Shown: positions 10,418 through 20,035, counted from the stretch's first letter. The stretch: 64,000 nucleotides of DNA from Eshraghiella crossota (GCA_963590075.1 CAVANK010000001.1:5394-69393), one strand, 5' to 3'. Made by a program: numbers and translations. The notes: a model not told the origin generated them from the sequence alone.

Positions 10418-11569
10418 TTATTTGACTCCTATCATAGAATAAGTATATTTTCTTGCCTTCTCGTCTATGTCAATAATATCTTCAAGTTCCACGTCGCCGA
10501 CCTTTTTGAACTTGTTCAAAACCTTTGCCAACGTGTTAGAGATATCGTGATATTTGATTTTGCCCTTCAAAAATTCCTCGACAAGCACTTCGTCGCTTGC
10601 GGAAATTGCGATACACGCACCCTCACCCGCTTCTGCGGCGTCCATTGCGATTTTGAGGCACGGAAAACGGTCGAAATCGGGTGCGGAAAAGGTCAAAAGT
10701 CCCGTTTTTATCAAATCGAGAGGCGCAACCGAGTTATTTGCGTGCTCGGGATAGAAAAGCGCGGTATCAATCGAAAGGCGCATATCGGGCGTTGACAACA
10801 ACGCCTTCATTCCGCCGTCCGAGAACTCCACGAGCGAGTGGATAACGCTTTCTCTGTGCATAACCACTTTGACGTCCTTTGCCTTGACGTCGAAAAGTCG
10901 CATCGCTTCTATGACTTCCAGCCCTTTATTGAACAAAGTCGCCGAGTCGATTGTAACCTTTTTGCCCATATTCCATACGGGGTGTTTGAGAGCGTCCTCT
11001 GCCTTGACTTTTGCAAGTTGGCTCGTCGGCAAATCGCGAAGAGCACCACCGCTTGCCGTCAAAACGAGGCTTTTTACGTACTTTTTCTCCTCTCCGCGCA
11101 AGCACGCAAAGATTGCGGAATGTTCGGTATCGAGAGGCAAAATCTTCCCGCCGTACTTCTTTTCGAGCGCTTTGAGATGTCTGCCCGCGCAAACTATCGT
11201 TTCTTTGTTTGCAATAGCGAGTGTTCCTCCGCGCTTCAATGTTGCGACTGCCGCCCAAAGCCCCGCAATGCCGGTAACCGCCAATACGACGATATCCGAC
11301 GGAATTGAAGCCAATTCTTCAAGAGATGAAAGGCATTTAGAGGTTTTTTCGTCTTCGAGAAAGTCAAAAAGCGAACTTTGCACTTCAACCGCGCCACTCG
11401 GGAAATAATAATGTGTTGGATTGAATTTTTCGATTTGCTCTCTTAAAAGGCCTTCATTCGTATAAGCGGAAAGCCCGACGACCTTGAAAGCCTCGGGATG
11501 TTGAGAAATGGTAGCAAGCACTTGTCTTCCGACAGAGCCCGTACTGCCTAAAATCGTTATAGTTTTCAT
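10418..11569 (-). CDS. dxr: 1-deoxy-D-xylulose-5-phosphate reductoisomerase
   Basis: ILGSTGSVGRQ NADPH motif. Start trimmed to the ATG at 11569 (AAGGA RBS); the ORF track extends to 11629. Confidence 0.95.
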   Translation of the reverse strand: MKTITILGSTGSVGRQVLATISQHPEAFKVVGLSAYTNEGLLREQIEKFNPTHYYFPSGAVEVQSSLFDFLEDEKTSKCLSSLEELASIPSDIVVLAVTGIAGLWAAVATLKRGGTLAIANKETIVCAGRHLKALEKKYGGKILPLDTEHSAIFACLRGEEKKYVKSLVLTASGGALRDLPTSQLAKVKAEDALKHPVWNMGKKVTIDSATLFNKGLEVIEAMRLFDVKAKDVKVVMHRESVIHSLVEFSDGGMKALLSTPDMRLSIDTALFYPEHANNSVAPLDLIKTGLLTFSAPDFDRFPCLKIAMDAAEAGEGACIAISASDEVLVEEFLKGKIKYHDISNTLAKVLNKFKKVGDVELEDIIDIDEKARKYTYSMIGVK

Positions 11570-11677
11570 TTTATCCTTATAGACTTGCGTGCCACATAGG
11601 CGGAGATTTGAAGTCTTTTGCAAGTCCATATAAAAGCATTTTGCACCGCTTTGATTAAACTATTATGAAATAATCAA

Positions 11678-12661
11678 TCAAAACCGATATATACACGAGA
11701 ACGCAATGAGGAGTATGACAAGACAGTACATAACGCTGTCGATTCTGTCCATAAATCCGCCGTGTCCGGGGAAAATCTTGCCGTAGTCCTTTATGCCGAT
11801 CGCACGCTTGATACGCGACGCCGCGAGGTCTCCGAGTTCGCTTATAGCACCGCATACAAGTCCGATTGCAAGATATATGAGCGCGCTCTTCCATTGCCAA
11901 CCGACTACGTCGTGCGCAATAAAGTAGGTATATCCGCATTTTCCGATAAATACGGGATATTTGTCCGCGCAAAGCTCGAACACCACCCAAAAAACAATTG
12001 CAAACGCCATACCGCCGACGAGACCGCCAACACCGCCCGCTATCGTCTTTTTGGGGCTGATTTTTGGGCAAAGTTTCTTGCCTCCGATCATCGAGCCGAA
12101 CCAATATGCAAACGTATCGCTACCGAGAATGGGTACGAGAATTGCAAACAACACCGCAAAGAGCGCACTGTATTTGTAGCTGATTACCCACGCCGTCATA
12201 AGGAAAAGCATCGGATATACGAGCACGAATATGTTCGCGAGCAAATCTTTAAGTCCGCACGCGCCTTGCTCGTCTTTGATAACTTCACCGTTTTCGAGTG
12301 CGTTTTCAAAGTCTTTTTTGCTGTGTTTTGCGGGTTTGAAGGTAAAAATCGTAAGCGCAAGCATACTGCTCACGAGAAGCACGATAAGCAAACCCTGCAC
12401 GCCGAAAGTTGATTTCTCGTCGCCGACAAAGTGTTGCATCGTATAAAAAACGGGATACGCCGTCACGAGCATAAATGCGATAGGCGCAACAAACATCTTG
12501 TATCCCGCGTCCTTGAAGCACTTGTACATCTCGTACACTGCGCCTGCAAGGAATAGCAAAATGAGCATATCGATAAAAATCGGGCTTACGAAATATCCGC
12601 AGACCATAAAGCCTGCGACAAGCACCAAAAGCACGATTGCTGTGAGTGTTCTTTTCAACAT
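11678..12661 (-). CDS. cdsA: phosphatidate cytidylyltransferase
   Basis: 327 aa polytopic membrane protein with the C-terminal CTP-transferase signature (SxxKRxxGxKDxGxxxPGHGGxxDRxDS). Confidence 0.9.
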   Translation of the reverse strand: MLKRTLTAIVLLVLVAGFMVCGYFVSPIFIDMLILLFLAGAVYEMYKCFKDAGYKMFVAPIAFMLVTAYPVFYTMQHFVGDEKSTFGVQGLLIVLLVSSMLALTIFTFKPAKHSKKDFENALENGEVIKDEQGACGLKDLLANIFVLVYPMLFLMTAWVISYKYSALFAVLFAILVPILGSDTFAYWFGSMIGGKKLCPKISPKKTIAGGVGGLVGGMAFAIVFWVVFELCADKYPVFIGKCGYTYFIAHDVVGWQWKSALIYLAIGLVCGAISELGDLAASRIKRAIGIKDYGKIFPGHGGFMDRIDSVMYCLVILLIAFSCIYRF

Positions 12662-12690
12662 ACAAACCTCATTTGCGCACGATTTTTGCG

Positions 12691-12828
12691 TTTTTTAGCA
12701 TAATATTTAGCAATTTTTACGCATTTTAGCACAATATTTAGCGATTTTTGTGCATTAATTCACGATAATTGCGAATTGTTTTACGCTTTATTCGTGCAGT
12801 TTATTCACACGATAATTGCGCAATTGTT
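12691..12828. repeat. two pairs of ~31-bp direct repeats in the uppS-cdsA spacer
   Basis: R1: 12691-12723 / 12724-12754 (TTTTAGCAyAATATTTAGCrATTTTTryGCA). R2: 12759-12780 / 12804-12828 (TTCAC(AC)GATAATTGCG(C)AATTGTT). R2b contains the 12-bp palindrome AATTGCGCAATT. Confidence 0.8.
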
Positions 12829-12941
12829 CACAAGATTTTTTGCGTAACTTTATGCTTTTTTTTTGAAAATCTGCGCATTTTTACCGTCAAAAAACACGCA
12901 AAAAACCGCGTTTTTTTGCATATTTTTTAACAAAAATTATG

Positions 12942-13595
12942 TCACTTTCCGAACTTTCGATTGCGATTTTCAAACTCTTCGATTATCTTATCGACGTCAC
13001 TCTTGTCCATATCGGGCCAGAGTTTATCGAGGAAAATCAATTCCGCATAAGCACTCTCGTACAACATAAAGTTGGACAAACGCTTTTCTCCGCCCGTACG
13101 CACCACGGCGTCGAGAGGCGGTAAATGTGCGCTTGACAAATGACTTTCAAAAGTGTCCTCGATAAATTCACCGTGATCGTACGCAACCTTTGCCGCATGG
13201 ATAATGTCCGCTCTTCCGCCGTAATTGAATGCGATATTGAGCCACATACCGTTATTGTTTGCGGTGTTTTCTTCCACCGTCTCGATAGACGAGGCAAGTC
13301 CGTCGGGAAGCGACGCGATATCACCCATATAAGAGATTTTGTACTCGCCGTCGTAGGTAAGATTGAACTTTTGTACGACTTTTGCGATTGCGTTTATCTC
13401 CTCTTCGGGGCGTTGATTATTTTCCGTAGAAAACGCATAGACGGAAACCGCTTCCACTCCGCGCTCGCTACACCGTTTTGCCACCTTGTACAAGGCAACG
13501 AGACCGTAAGCGTAACCTTCGGCGCGGGGCATTGAACGCTGTTGCGCCCACCTACCGTTTCCGTCCATTATAAAACCAATATGTTTCGGTATCAT
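12942..13595 (-). CDS. uppS: isoprenyl transferase (undecaprenyl diphosphate synthase)
   Basis: 217 aa, IMDGNGRWA motif. Its start overlaps the frr stop codon by 1 nt. Confidence 0.93.
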   Translation of the reverse strand: MIPKHIGFIMDGNGRWAQQRSMPRAEGYAYGLVALYKVAKRCSERGVEAVSVYAFSTENNQRPEEEINAIAKVVQKFNLTYDGEYKISYMGDIASLPDGLASSIETVEENTANNNGMWLNIAFNYGGRADIIHAAKVAYDHGEFIEDTFESHLSSAHLPPLDAVVRTGGEKRLSNFMLYESAYAELIFLDKLWPDMDKSDVDKIIEEFENRNRKFGK

Positions 13596-14170
13596 CAGAT
13601 TGAGAGAATCTCTTGTTCTTTCTCTTTGAAGAGTTTGTCGACTTCATCCGTCTTCTTTGCAAGATTCTTATCGATATCTTCGGTAAAGTTTCTCAAATCG
13701 TCTTCCGTAATCGTGGAAGCCTTTTGGATCTTTTTGAGCTCGTCGATAGCGTCACGGCGTGCGTTACGCATAACGATTTTTGCCTCTTCCACAAGGTTTT
13801 TGGCTTCCTTGACGGTGGAACGTCTGCGCTCTTCGGTAAGTTCGGGGAAAACGAGACGGATAACTTGACCGTCGTTGTTGGGATTGATACCGATATTTGC
13901 GGCAAGAATGGCTCTTTCGATGCTCTTGAGTTGCGATTTATCCCAAGGCGCGATGACCAAAAGTCTTGCTTCGGGCACGGAAATGTTTGCCATATTGTTG
14001 ATGGGCGTGGGCGTTCCGTAATAATCTGCCACGACTTTGTCGAGGATATGCGGATTTGCTCTGCCCGCGCGAATACTGCGCAATTCCGAAATATAATTAT
14101 TCATAGTTTTGTCGATTTTGTCATTCATATCTTCAAAAATCAAATCGACTTCTTCAATACCGTATGCCAT
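13595..14170 (-). CDS. frr: ribosome recycling factor
   Basis: 191 aa, typical RRF sequence (RTGRANPxILD-like RAGRANPHILD). Confidence 0.95.
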   Translation of the reverse strand: MAYGIEEVDLIFEDMNDKIDKTMNNYISELRSIRAGRANPHILDKVVADYYGTPTPINNMANISVPEARLLVIAPWDKSQLKSIERAILAANIGINPNNDGQVIRLVFPELTEERRRSTVKEAKNLVEEAKIVMRNARRDAIDELKKIQKASTITEDDLRNFTEDIDKNLAKKTDEVDKLFKEKEQEILSI

Positions 14171-14279
14171 AAATGACCTCCGAGTTTTAATATGTAAATA
14201 TTATAACAAAAGTTATTATATAAATCAATACAAAAAAATGAATAAATGCTAGATGTTCTATTTTCAAATAGAGCACTAA

Positions 14280-14775
14280 AACTTCTCTAAATGCAACTTT
14301 CCCCCTTCCTCACGGTGTTTGGACTTCGGCGTTTGCGCACCGCAATCCGCCTCGTTCGCTTTGGCTACAACACATTCACCGAATGTGTTGCTTAACGCGT
14401 CGCGCCCATATTCCGTTCCCCCTCTGCACTTCGTTTGAGGGAACCCACGGAACTGCTCCGCAGGGGGACACGCGACGCGATTGACTTCGTAACAATCGCT
14501 ATTCCGTCGCTTCGCTCCTTACGGCACGCGCATAATAGGAACATTTCTCTCATTATGCCACTGCGCTTTGTGCGCCAGCTACGCAACGACACGGCGCAGT
14601 CGCTTGTACTAATCGTCGAGCTTGGCGCTCGATGCGGTCGGCGCTTTGCGCCTCCACGCTCCGAATAAGTTACGGCAACTTAAACTTCAATAAACGGATG
14701 AAGAGCAAGGAAACACCCACCCGATACAAAACCCAACGTACAAGTCGTACGTGATTTTGTAGCGGATGGGTGATA
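14280..14775. repeat. GC-rich cluster of nested and serial hairpins inserted between pyrH and frr
   Basis: Perfect 10-bp hairpin at 14368-14390. Long-range pair GCGTCGCG (14397-14404) / CGCGACGC (14471-14478). ~18-bp imperfect hairpin at 14714-14772. Many GGCGC-TTT-GCGCC-type stems. Confidence 0.7.
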
Positions 14776-14802
14776 ACACAGCTATTCGCCGTTTAGTGAA
14801 GT

Positions 14803-15540
14803 TTAAGATATTGTCGTGCCGACGGGAAGACCGCAGACAGCCTTAACCATACTCCCCTCTTGCATAAGTGCAAAGGCTACGACGGGGATATTGTTGTCCA
14901 TACACATCGTGATGGCGGTTGTGTCCATGGCTTTGAGACCGAGGGAGATAACTTGCATATAGGTGAGATGTTCAAACTTCTTGGCGTCCTTGTTCTTCTT
15001 GGGATCGCAATCATAGATGCCGTCCACGTTTTTGGCGCAAAGAAGAGCGTCCGCACCGATTTCGCAAGCGCGAAGTGCAGCACCCGTATCCGTAGAGAAA
15101 TAAGGATTGCCAGTTCCGCAAGCAAAAATCACGACTCTACCCTTTTCAAAATGGCGGATTGCCTTGCGCAAGATATACGGCTCGGCAACTTTGGTTATCG
15201 TAAGCGCAGTTTGCACTCTCACGGGCACACCGTGCTCTTCGAGTTTGTCTTGAAGTGCAAGAGCGTTCATAACCGTTGCAAGCATACCCATATAATCGGC
15301 GGTTGCACGGTTCATTTTGTCGGCGGCTTGCAGTCCTCTCCAAAAGTTTCCTCCGCCGATGACGATGCCGACGTCAACGCCAAGGTCCTTGACTGCGACG
15401 ATTTGTCTGCACACGAATTCAATTTTTTCATTGTCGATACCTGCGCCGTTTTCCTTTGCAAGCGCCTCACCCGATATCTTGATGATCACTCTTTTATACT
15501 TCACGGACGGATCAACCGTCTTTTGAATAGTTTCGCTCAT
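14803..15540 (-). CDS. pyrH: UMP kinase
   Basis: 245 aa, amino-acid-kinase fold motifs (KISGEAL, GGGNFWRG). Confidence 0.95.
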   Translation of the reverse strand: MSETIQKTVDPSVKYKRVIIKISGEALAKENGAGIDNEKIEFVCRQIVAVKDLGVDVGIVIGGGNFWRGLQAADKMNRATADYMGMLATVMNALALQDKLEEHGVPVRVQTALTITKVAEPYILRKAIRHFEKGRVVIFACGTGNPYFSTDTGAALRACEIGADALLCAKNVDGIYDCDPKKNKDAKKFEHLTYMQVISLGLKAMDTTAITMCMDNNIPVVAFALMQEGSMVKAVCGLPVGTTIS

Positions 15541-15672
15541 TTTGCACTCCTTTTCGAGTATCTAACACACTATTTTTATAATGCGTTTGCACTGATACAA
15601 GCACGATTAAATCTTTGTTGTCCAAAAAACCGTTCAAAAAAAGGAATGGAAAACCATTCCTTTTTCGATTGA

Positions 15673-16545
15673 TTATTTTGCCAAGTGGGCTTGCGCCATA
15701 ACTTCGCCGACGAAGTCGTCTTCTCTCTTTTGCAAACCTTCGCCCATTGCGTAACGGGTGAAGCGAATGACTTTGACGTCACCGTTTTGTTTGAGGTATT
15801 GAGAAATGGTCAAATCACCGTTCTTAACGAAAACTTGTTCGTTGAGGCAAACGTCTTTGTAGAATTTGTTAATTCTGCCGACGAGCATCTTTTCGATGAT
15901 TGCTTCGGGCTTCTTGCTGTCCTCGTTGAGCGCTTGTGCTTTGAGAATTTCTTTCTCGTGGTCAACTTCGGATTGAGGAACTTCTTCTCTGCAAACGTAT
16001 TGTGCGTTTGCCGCTGCGATTTGAAGTGCGACGTCGTGAACGACTTCTGCGCTTGCGCCTTGGGTAGCTTCGACCATAACGCCGATTTTACCGCCCATGT
16101 GGATATAGGTGTCAACGACGGTGTCGTTTGCTTGATACACGGTGAAACGACGGATGGAGAGTTTTTCACCCATCTTCATAACGTACTCGTTGGTGGTGTC
16201 TTGCATTGCTGCGACAACGTCTGCAACGGTAACGCCCTCGTTGTCGAGGATATAATCAGCAACTTTTGCAACGTACTCTTTGAATACCGGACCGCCGGCA
16301 ACGAAGTCAGACTCGCAGTTGACTTCCAAAAGGACGGATTTGCCGTTCTTGCTTGCCGCGAAAACGATACCTTCTGCCGCGATACGAGCTTCTTTCTTTG
16401 CTGCGGTTGCCATACCTTTTTCTCTCAAAAAGTCGATTGCAGCCTCCATATCACCGTCAGTTGCTACGAGAGCCTTTTTGCAATCCATCATACCGACACC
16501 GGTACGTTGGCGAAGTTCCATAACGTCTTTGCTTGTGAATGCCAT
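15673..16545 (-). CDS. tsf: elongation factor Ts
   Basis: UBA-like N-terminus ([19 protein letters not shown]). Start trimmed to the ATG at 16545 with a GGAGAA RBS; the ORF track extends to 16611. Confidence 0.95.
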   Translation of the reverse strand: MAFTSKDVMELRQRTGVGMMDCKKALVATDGDMEAAIDFLREKGMATAAKKEARIAAEGIVFAASKNGKSVLLEVNCESDFVAGGPVFKEYVAKVADYILDNEGVTVADVVAAMQDTTNEYVMKMGEKLSIRRFTVYQANDTVVDTYIHMGGKIGVMVEATQGASAEVVHDVALQIAAANAQYVCREEVPQSEVDHEKEILKAQALNEDSKKPEAIIEKMLVGRINKFYKDVCLNEQVFVKNGDLTISQYLKQNGDVKVIRFTRYAMGEGLQKREDDFVGEVMAQAHLAK

Positions 16546-16614
16546 ATATTTTCTCCTATTATTTTGTTTTGAAACCGCACGCAAGGGTTGGTTGCGTGCG
16601 GATAAAGTCAATAA

Positions 16615-17442
16615 TTATTCTTGTGCTTCTTTTTCTGCAATTGCTTTTTCAAGAGCTTCTTCGGGAGTGAGAGCCTTCTCTTCCACTACTTCTGCCTTGA
16701 CTTCTTCAACTGCGGGTGCCTCTTCATTTGCTTCCTCAACGGGAGCCGCGTGCAAAGATTCACCTTGTTTTGCTTCGATGACTGCGTCTGCCATCAAAGA
16801 TGCGAAGAGTTGGATTGCGCGGATAGCGTCGTCGTTGCCGGGAATGACGTAATCGACGAGATCGGGATCGCAGTTGGTATCGACTACCGCAACGATCGGG
16901 ATATTGAGCTTGCGAGCTTCTCTAACAGCGTTTTCTTCTTTTTTGAGGTCGACTACGAACAAGCAACCGGGCAAAGTACGCATATTCTTGATACCGCCGA
17001 GGTTCTTTTCGAGATCGTCACGCTCTTTTTTGAGGTGTGCGACTTCTTTCTTGGGGAGAAGTTCAAACTCACCGATAAGTTCCATTTGATTGATTTTGTT
17101 CAAACGGTCGATTCTTTGGCGAATGGTCTTGAAGTTGGTGAGAGTGCCACCGAGCCATCTTTGGTTGATGTAGAACATATCGCAACGTTCTGCCTCTTGT
17201 TTGATGGCGTCTTGTGCTTGTTTCTTCGTGCCGACGAAGAGAACGGATTTGCCTTCTGCTGCAACGCTCTTTACGAAGTTGTAAGCGGCTTCTACGTGAT
17301 CGACGGAGATTTGAAGGTCGATGATGTGAATGTCGTTTCTGGTTGCATAGATGTACTTGCCCATTTTCGGATTCCAACGTTTGGTTTGATGTCCGAAGTG
17401 TACGCCTGCTTCGAGCAGGGCTTTCATTGTTGTTACGGCCAT
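16615..17442 (-). CDS. rpsB: 30S ribosomal protein S2
   Basis: 275 aa, canonical S2 N-terminus ([19 protein letters not shown]). Acidic C-terminal extension. Confidence 0.97.
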   Translation of the reverse strand: MAVTTMKALLEAGVHFGHQTKRWNPKMGKYIYATRNDIHIIDLQISVDHVEAAYNFVKSVAAEGKSVLFVGTKKQAQDAIKQEAERCDMFYINQRWLGGTLTNFKTIRQRIDRLNKINQMELIGEFELLPKKEVAHLKKERDDLEKNLGGIKNMRTLPGCLFVVDLKKEENAVREARKLNIPIVAVVDTNCDPDLVDYVIPGNDDAIRAIQLFASLMADAVIEAKQGESLHAAPVEEANEEAPAVEEVKAEVVEEKALTPEEALEKAIAEKEAQE

Positions 17443-17540
17443 TTTAATGGTCCTCCTATTGTTTTTTACCTCTCGCAGACTCGACGTCCGAACCTCCGAT
17501 GGAACAGAACGGACTCCTCTACGATGCAGCGTCGATTGGA

Positions 17541-17569
17541 ATTATATTATATATAAAATAATTTTGCAA
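17541..17569 (-). promoter_or_regulatory. sigma-A promoter of rpsB-tsf
   Basis: On the minus strand: TTGCAA, 17 nt, TATAAT. ~95 nt upstream of the rpsB ATG. Confidence 0.6.
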
Positions 17570-17757
17570 ATGAAATAAGGGTATTTTTGAGGAATTTTTT
17601 GATTTTTTCCAAATATTCATAAAAATTTTTATAAAAACTGCGATATTTAGATGAAGAACAAGAAAGAGCCGTCCGAGTGGCAACCCTAATTTACTAATCG
17701 TAAATGAGTTGACAATCGAACGGCTCTGCCGAAGTTATTCGCTAAATAGCGCAGTTT

Positions 17758-18108
17758 TTAGTGGTGGCAGCAAGAGCAATGCTCATCATCGCAACAATCG
17801 CAACCGCCTTCCATCTTCTCAACCTCTGCCATAAACTCGTCGAAAACGCGTTGGAGCAAATCTTCGTCCTCGATTGCGATAAAGACGTCGTTGCCTTCTT
17901 CGTTCTCACCGATTTCGTAAATAAGCACTTCGTCCTCTTCGATGTCGTCGAGTTTTTGGACGGGTTTCATAACGATAAACCATCTGTTGTCAACGTCGAG
18001 AGTCGCAAGATGATAAAATTCTTCGTCTTTGTCCGTTTCTTCGTTGTAAAGAGTGATGATATCGTCGTCTTCTTCCATATTGGTTTGGTCTTCAAAAAAA
18101 TCTGCCAT
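17758..18108 (-). CDS. DUF1292 (YrzB-like) protein with a Cys/His-rich C-terminal tail
   Basis: 116 aa. Acidic DUF1292 pattern (ITLYNEETDKDEEFYHLATLDVDNRWFIVMKPV). Downstream of ruvX as in the Bacillus yrrK-yrzB pair. Tail is GGCDCCDDEHCSCCHH. Confidence 0.75.
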   Translation of the reverse strand: MADFFEDQTNMEEDDDIITLYNEETDKDEEFYHLATLDVDNRWFIVMKPVQKLDDIEEDEVLIYEIGENEEGNDVFIAIEDEDLLQRVFDEFMAEVEKMEGGCDCCDDEHCSCCHH

Positions 18109-18214
18109 TGTAGTTCTCCTTTGGACGCTGGGCGTCTTTATACATTGATATTAACATATTTTGCGCAATTTGCAAGCAAAATATCTTCGTCTATGCAATT
18201 TAATCGCTTTTTAA

Positions 18215-18643
18215 TTATCTGCTATGCGAGTCGAGATAAGATTGCAAAATGATGGTGGCGGCAACCTTATCGATGACTTTTTTGCGTTTTTCACGGCGCA
18301 CGTCGGCGTCTATGAGCATACGCTCGGCGGATACCGTCGTAAGCCTTTCGTCTTGATAGAATATCGGAAGTCCGCTTGCTTCACCGAGTTTGTAACCGAA
18401 TTCTCTCGTGATTATCGCTCTATCTCCTTCCGTTCCGTCCATATTTTTGGGAAGTCCCAAAACGAACGCGTCGGCGTCTTCTTTTTTGGCGTATTCGCAA
18501 AAATACGCGATATCCGCGTCCATATCCCCTTTTTTGCGCACGTACGTTTCTCGCGGATTTGCGGTTATCCCGAGCAAATCGCTCACCGCAACGCCGATAC
18601 GCACGTCGCCTACGTCAAGTGCAATCTTGTGTTTTTGCATCAT
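18215..18643 (-). CDS. ruvX: Holliday junction resolvase-like nuclease RuvX (YqgF)
   Basis: 142 aa, YqgF motifs (ALDVGDVRIGVAVSD, DERLTT). Confidence 0.9.
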   Translation of the reverse strand: MMQKHKIALDVGDVRIGVAVSDLLGITANPRETYVRKKGDMDADIAYFCEYAKKEDADAFVLGLPKNMDGTEGDRAIITREFGYKLGEASGLPIFYQDERLTTVSAERMLIDADVRREKRKKVIDKVAATIILQSYLDSHSR

Positions 18644-18742
18644 TTTATCATTCCTCTGCGATTAAAATTTGATTTTGCGCGTTTTTCGAGCTTATTGATG
18701 CCGATGAGCACGCAATACGCTACTCCCTTGCTGTTTGTAGCG

Positions 18743-20035
18743 TCACTTTCTTTTTGACTGTCTTTCTTTTATTACTTTTTCAAAGCCGTTTTCCGTCGGC
18801 TCATAGAATACGGCGTCCTTTATCTCGTCGGGCAAATATTGTTGCTTCACCCAACCGCCGTACAAGTGCGGATATTTGTATCCGCTCACCTTTTCGTCAA
18901 CGCCTTTGTAGTTGGGATCGCGAAGATATAGAGGCACGGTCTCGTGCTTTATAGTCTTCACCGCGTTTTCCGCACCGTCGAGAGCCTCCACAACTTTGTT
19001 GGACTTGGGTGCTTCCGACACGTAAATAATACCCTCCGCAAGCGGTATTCTGCCCTCGGGCAAGCCGATTTTTTCAAAAGCTTGCACGCAAGAGGTTGCA
19101 ACTACGATTGCGTTGGGATCGGCAAGTCCCACGTCTTCGCACGCGTGTATCATTATTCTGCGTCCGATAAGCATAGGATCGCAACCCGCTTCAATAAGAC
19201 GTTCCGCCCAATAGAGCGCGGCGTTGCTATCACTGCCCCTCATACTCTTTATAAAGGCGGAAATCATATCGTAATACATATCTTCCGTCATGCTGAGTGC
19301 TTTTTGCTGTATGGACTGCTCCGCCTCTTCTTTGCCCACTCTTATAACGCCGTCGCTTCCCGCGTGCGTGGTGAGAGCCGCAAGTTCGAGAGCGTTGAGA
19401 GCCGTACGCATATCACCCGCGCTTGCCCACGCGAGATGCGCGATTGCCTCGTCGCTGACGACCAAATTCATATTGCCGAGCCCTCTTTCCTTGTCCTCGA
19501 CCGCTCTTTTGAGACCTTTTTTTATATCGTCTTCCGTGAGCCTCGAAAAATTGAAAATACGGCATCTCGACACAATAGCGCGCGTCATCGAAACGTACGG
19601 ATTTTCCGTGGTAGAGCCTATAAATATGATGTAGCCTTGCTCTATTGCTTGCAAAACGCTGTCGCTTTGCGCCTTATTCCAACGATGGCACTCGTCTAAA
19701 AGCAAATAGGTGCGTTTTCCGTACATACGGAGCAAATCTTTTGCCTCGTCTATAACCTTTTTTGCGTCGGCAACACCGCTCGTTACGGCGTTTAGCTTGA
19801 CGAAATTGGCGTTGGTGTTTTCCGCAATAATGTTGGCAAGAGTGGTCTTTCCAGTCCCCGGAGGTCCGTAAAAAATGCAACTTCCGAGCTTGTCGGCGGA
19901 TATCGCTCTACGAAGAAGCGAGCCTTCACCGACTATTCTTCCTTGCCCCAAAAACTCGTCAAGAGTGCGCGGACGCATTCTTTCGGCAAGCGGTGACATC
20001 GTCTTGATATTGTCTTGATAATCAAATAAATCCAT
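18743..20035 (-). CDS. rarA: replication-associated recombination protein A (AAA+ ATPase)
   Basis: 430 aa, Walker A GPPGTGKTT, Walker B LLLDECHR, MgsA C-terminal domain. Confidence 0.93.
   Translation of the reverse strand: MDLFDYQDNIKTMSPLAERMRPRTLDEFLGQGRIVGEGSLLRRAISADKLGSCIFYGPPGTGKTTLANIIAENTNANFVKLNAVTSGVADAKKVIDEAKDLLRMYGKRTYLLLDECHRWNKAQSDSVLQAIEQGYIIFIGSTTENPYVSMTRAIVSRCRIFNFSRLTEDDIKKGLKRAVEDKERGLGNMNLVVSDEAIAHLAWASAGDMRTALNALELAALTTHAGSDGVIRVGKEEAEQSIQQKALSMTEDMYYDMISAFIKSMRGSDSNAALYWAERLIEAGCDPMLIGRRIMIHACEDVGLADPNAIVVATSCVQAFEKIGLPEGRIPLAEGIIYVSEAPKSNKVVEALDGAENAVKTIKHETVPLYLRDPNYKGVDEKVSGYKYPHLYGGWVKQQYLPDEIKDAVFYEPTENGFEKVIKERQSKRK

Noticed and set aside
14392-14668. ORFs 14392..14592 (-) and 14435..14668 (+) in the pyrH-frr insert
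   Set aside because: They are Arg/Ser/Cys-rich translations of GC-rich hairpin DNA with no RBS. They overlap each other on opposite strands.
15673-16611. Extended N-termini given by the ORF track for tsf, dxr, spoVAD, spoIIAA, sigF, rluB, both carboxypeptidases, scpB, nrdR, spoIIGA, ftsA, murA, murD, the recombinase and the Spo0A_C gene
   Set aside because: Homology-consistent internal ATGs with SD motifs, or ATGA overlaps with the upstream stop, give better starts. The extensions run into upstream genes or intergenic hairpins.
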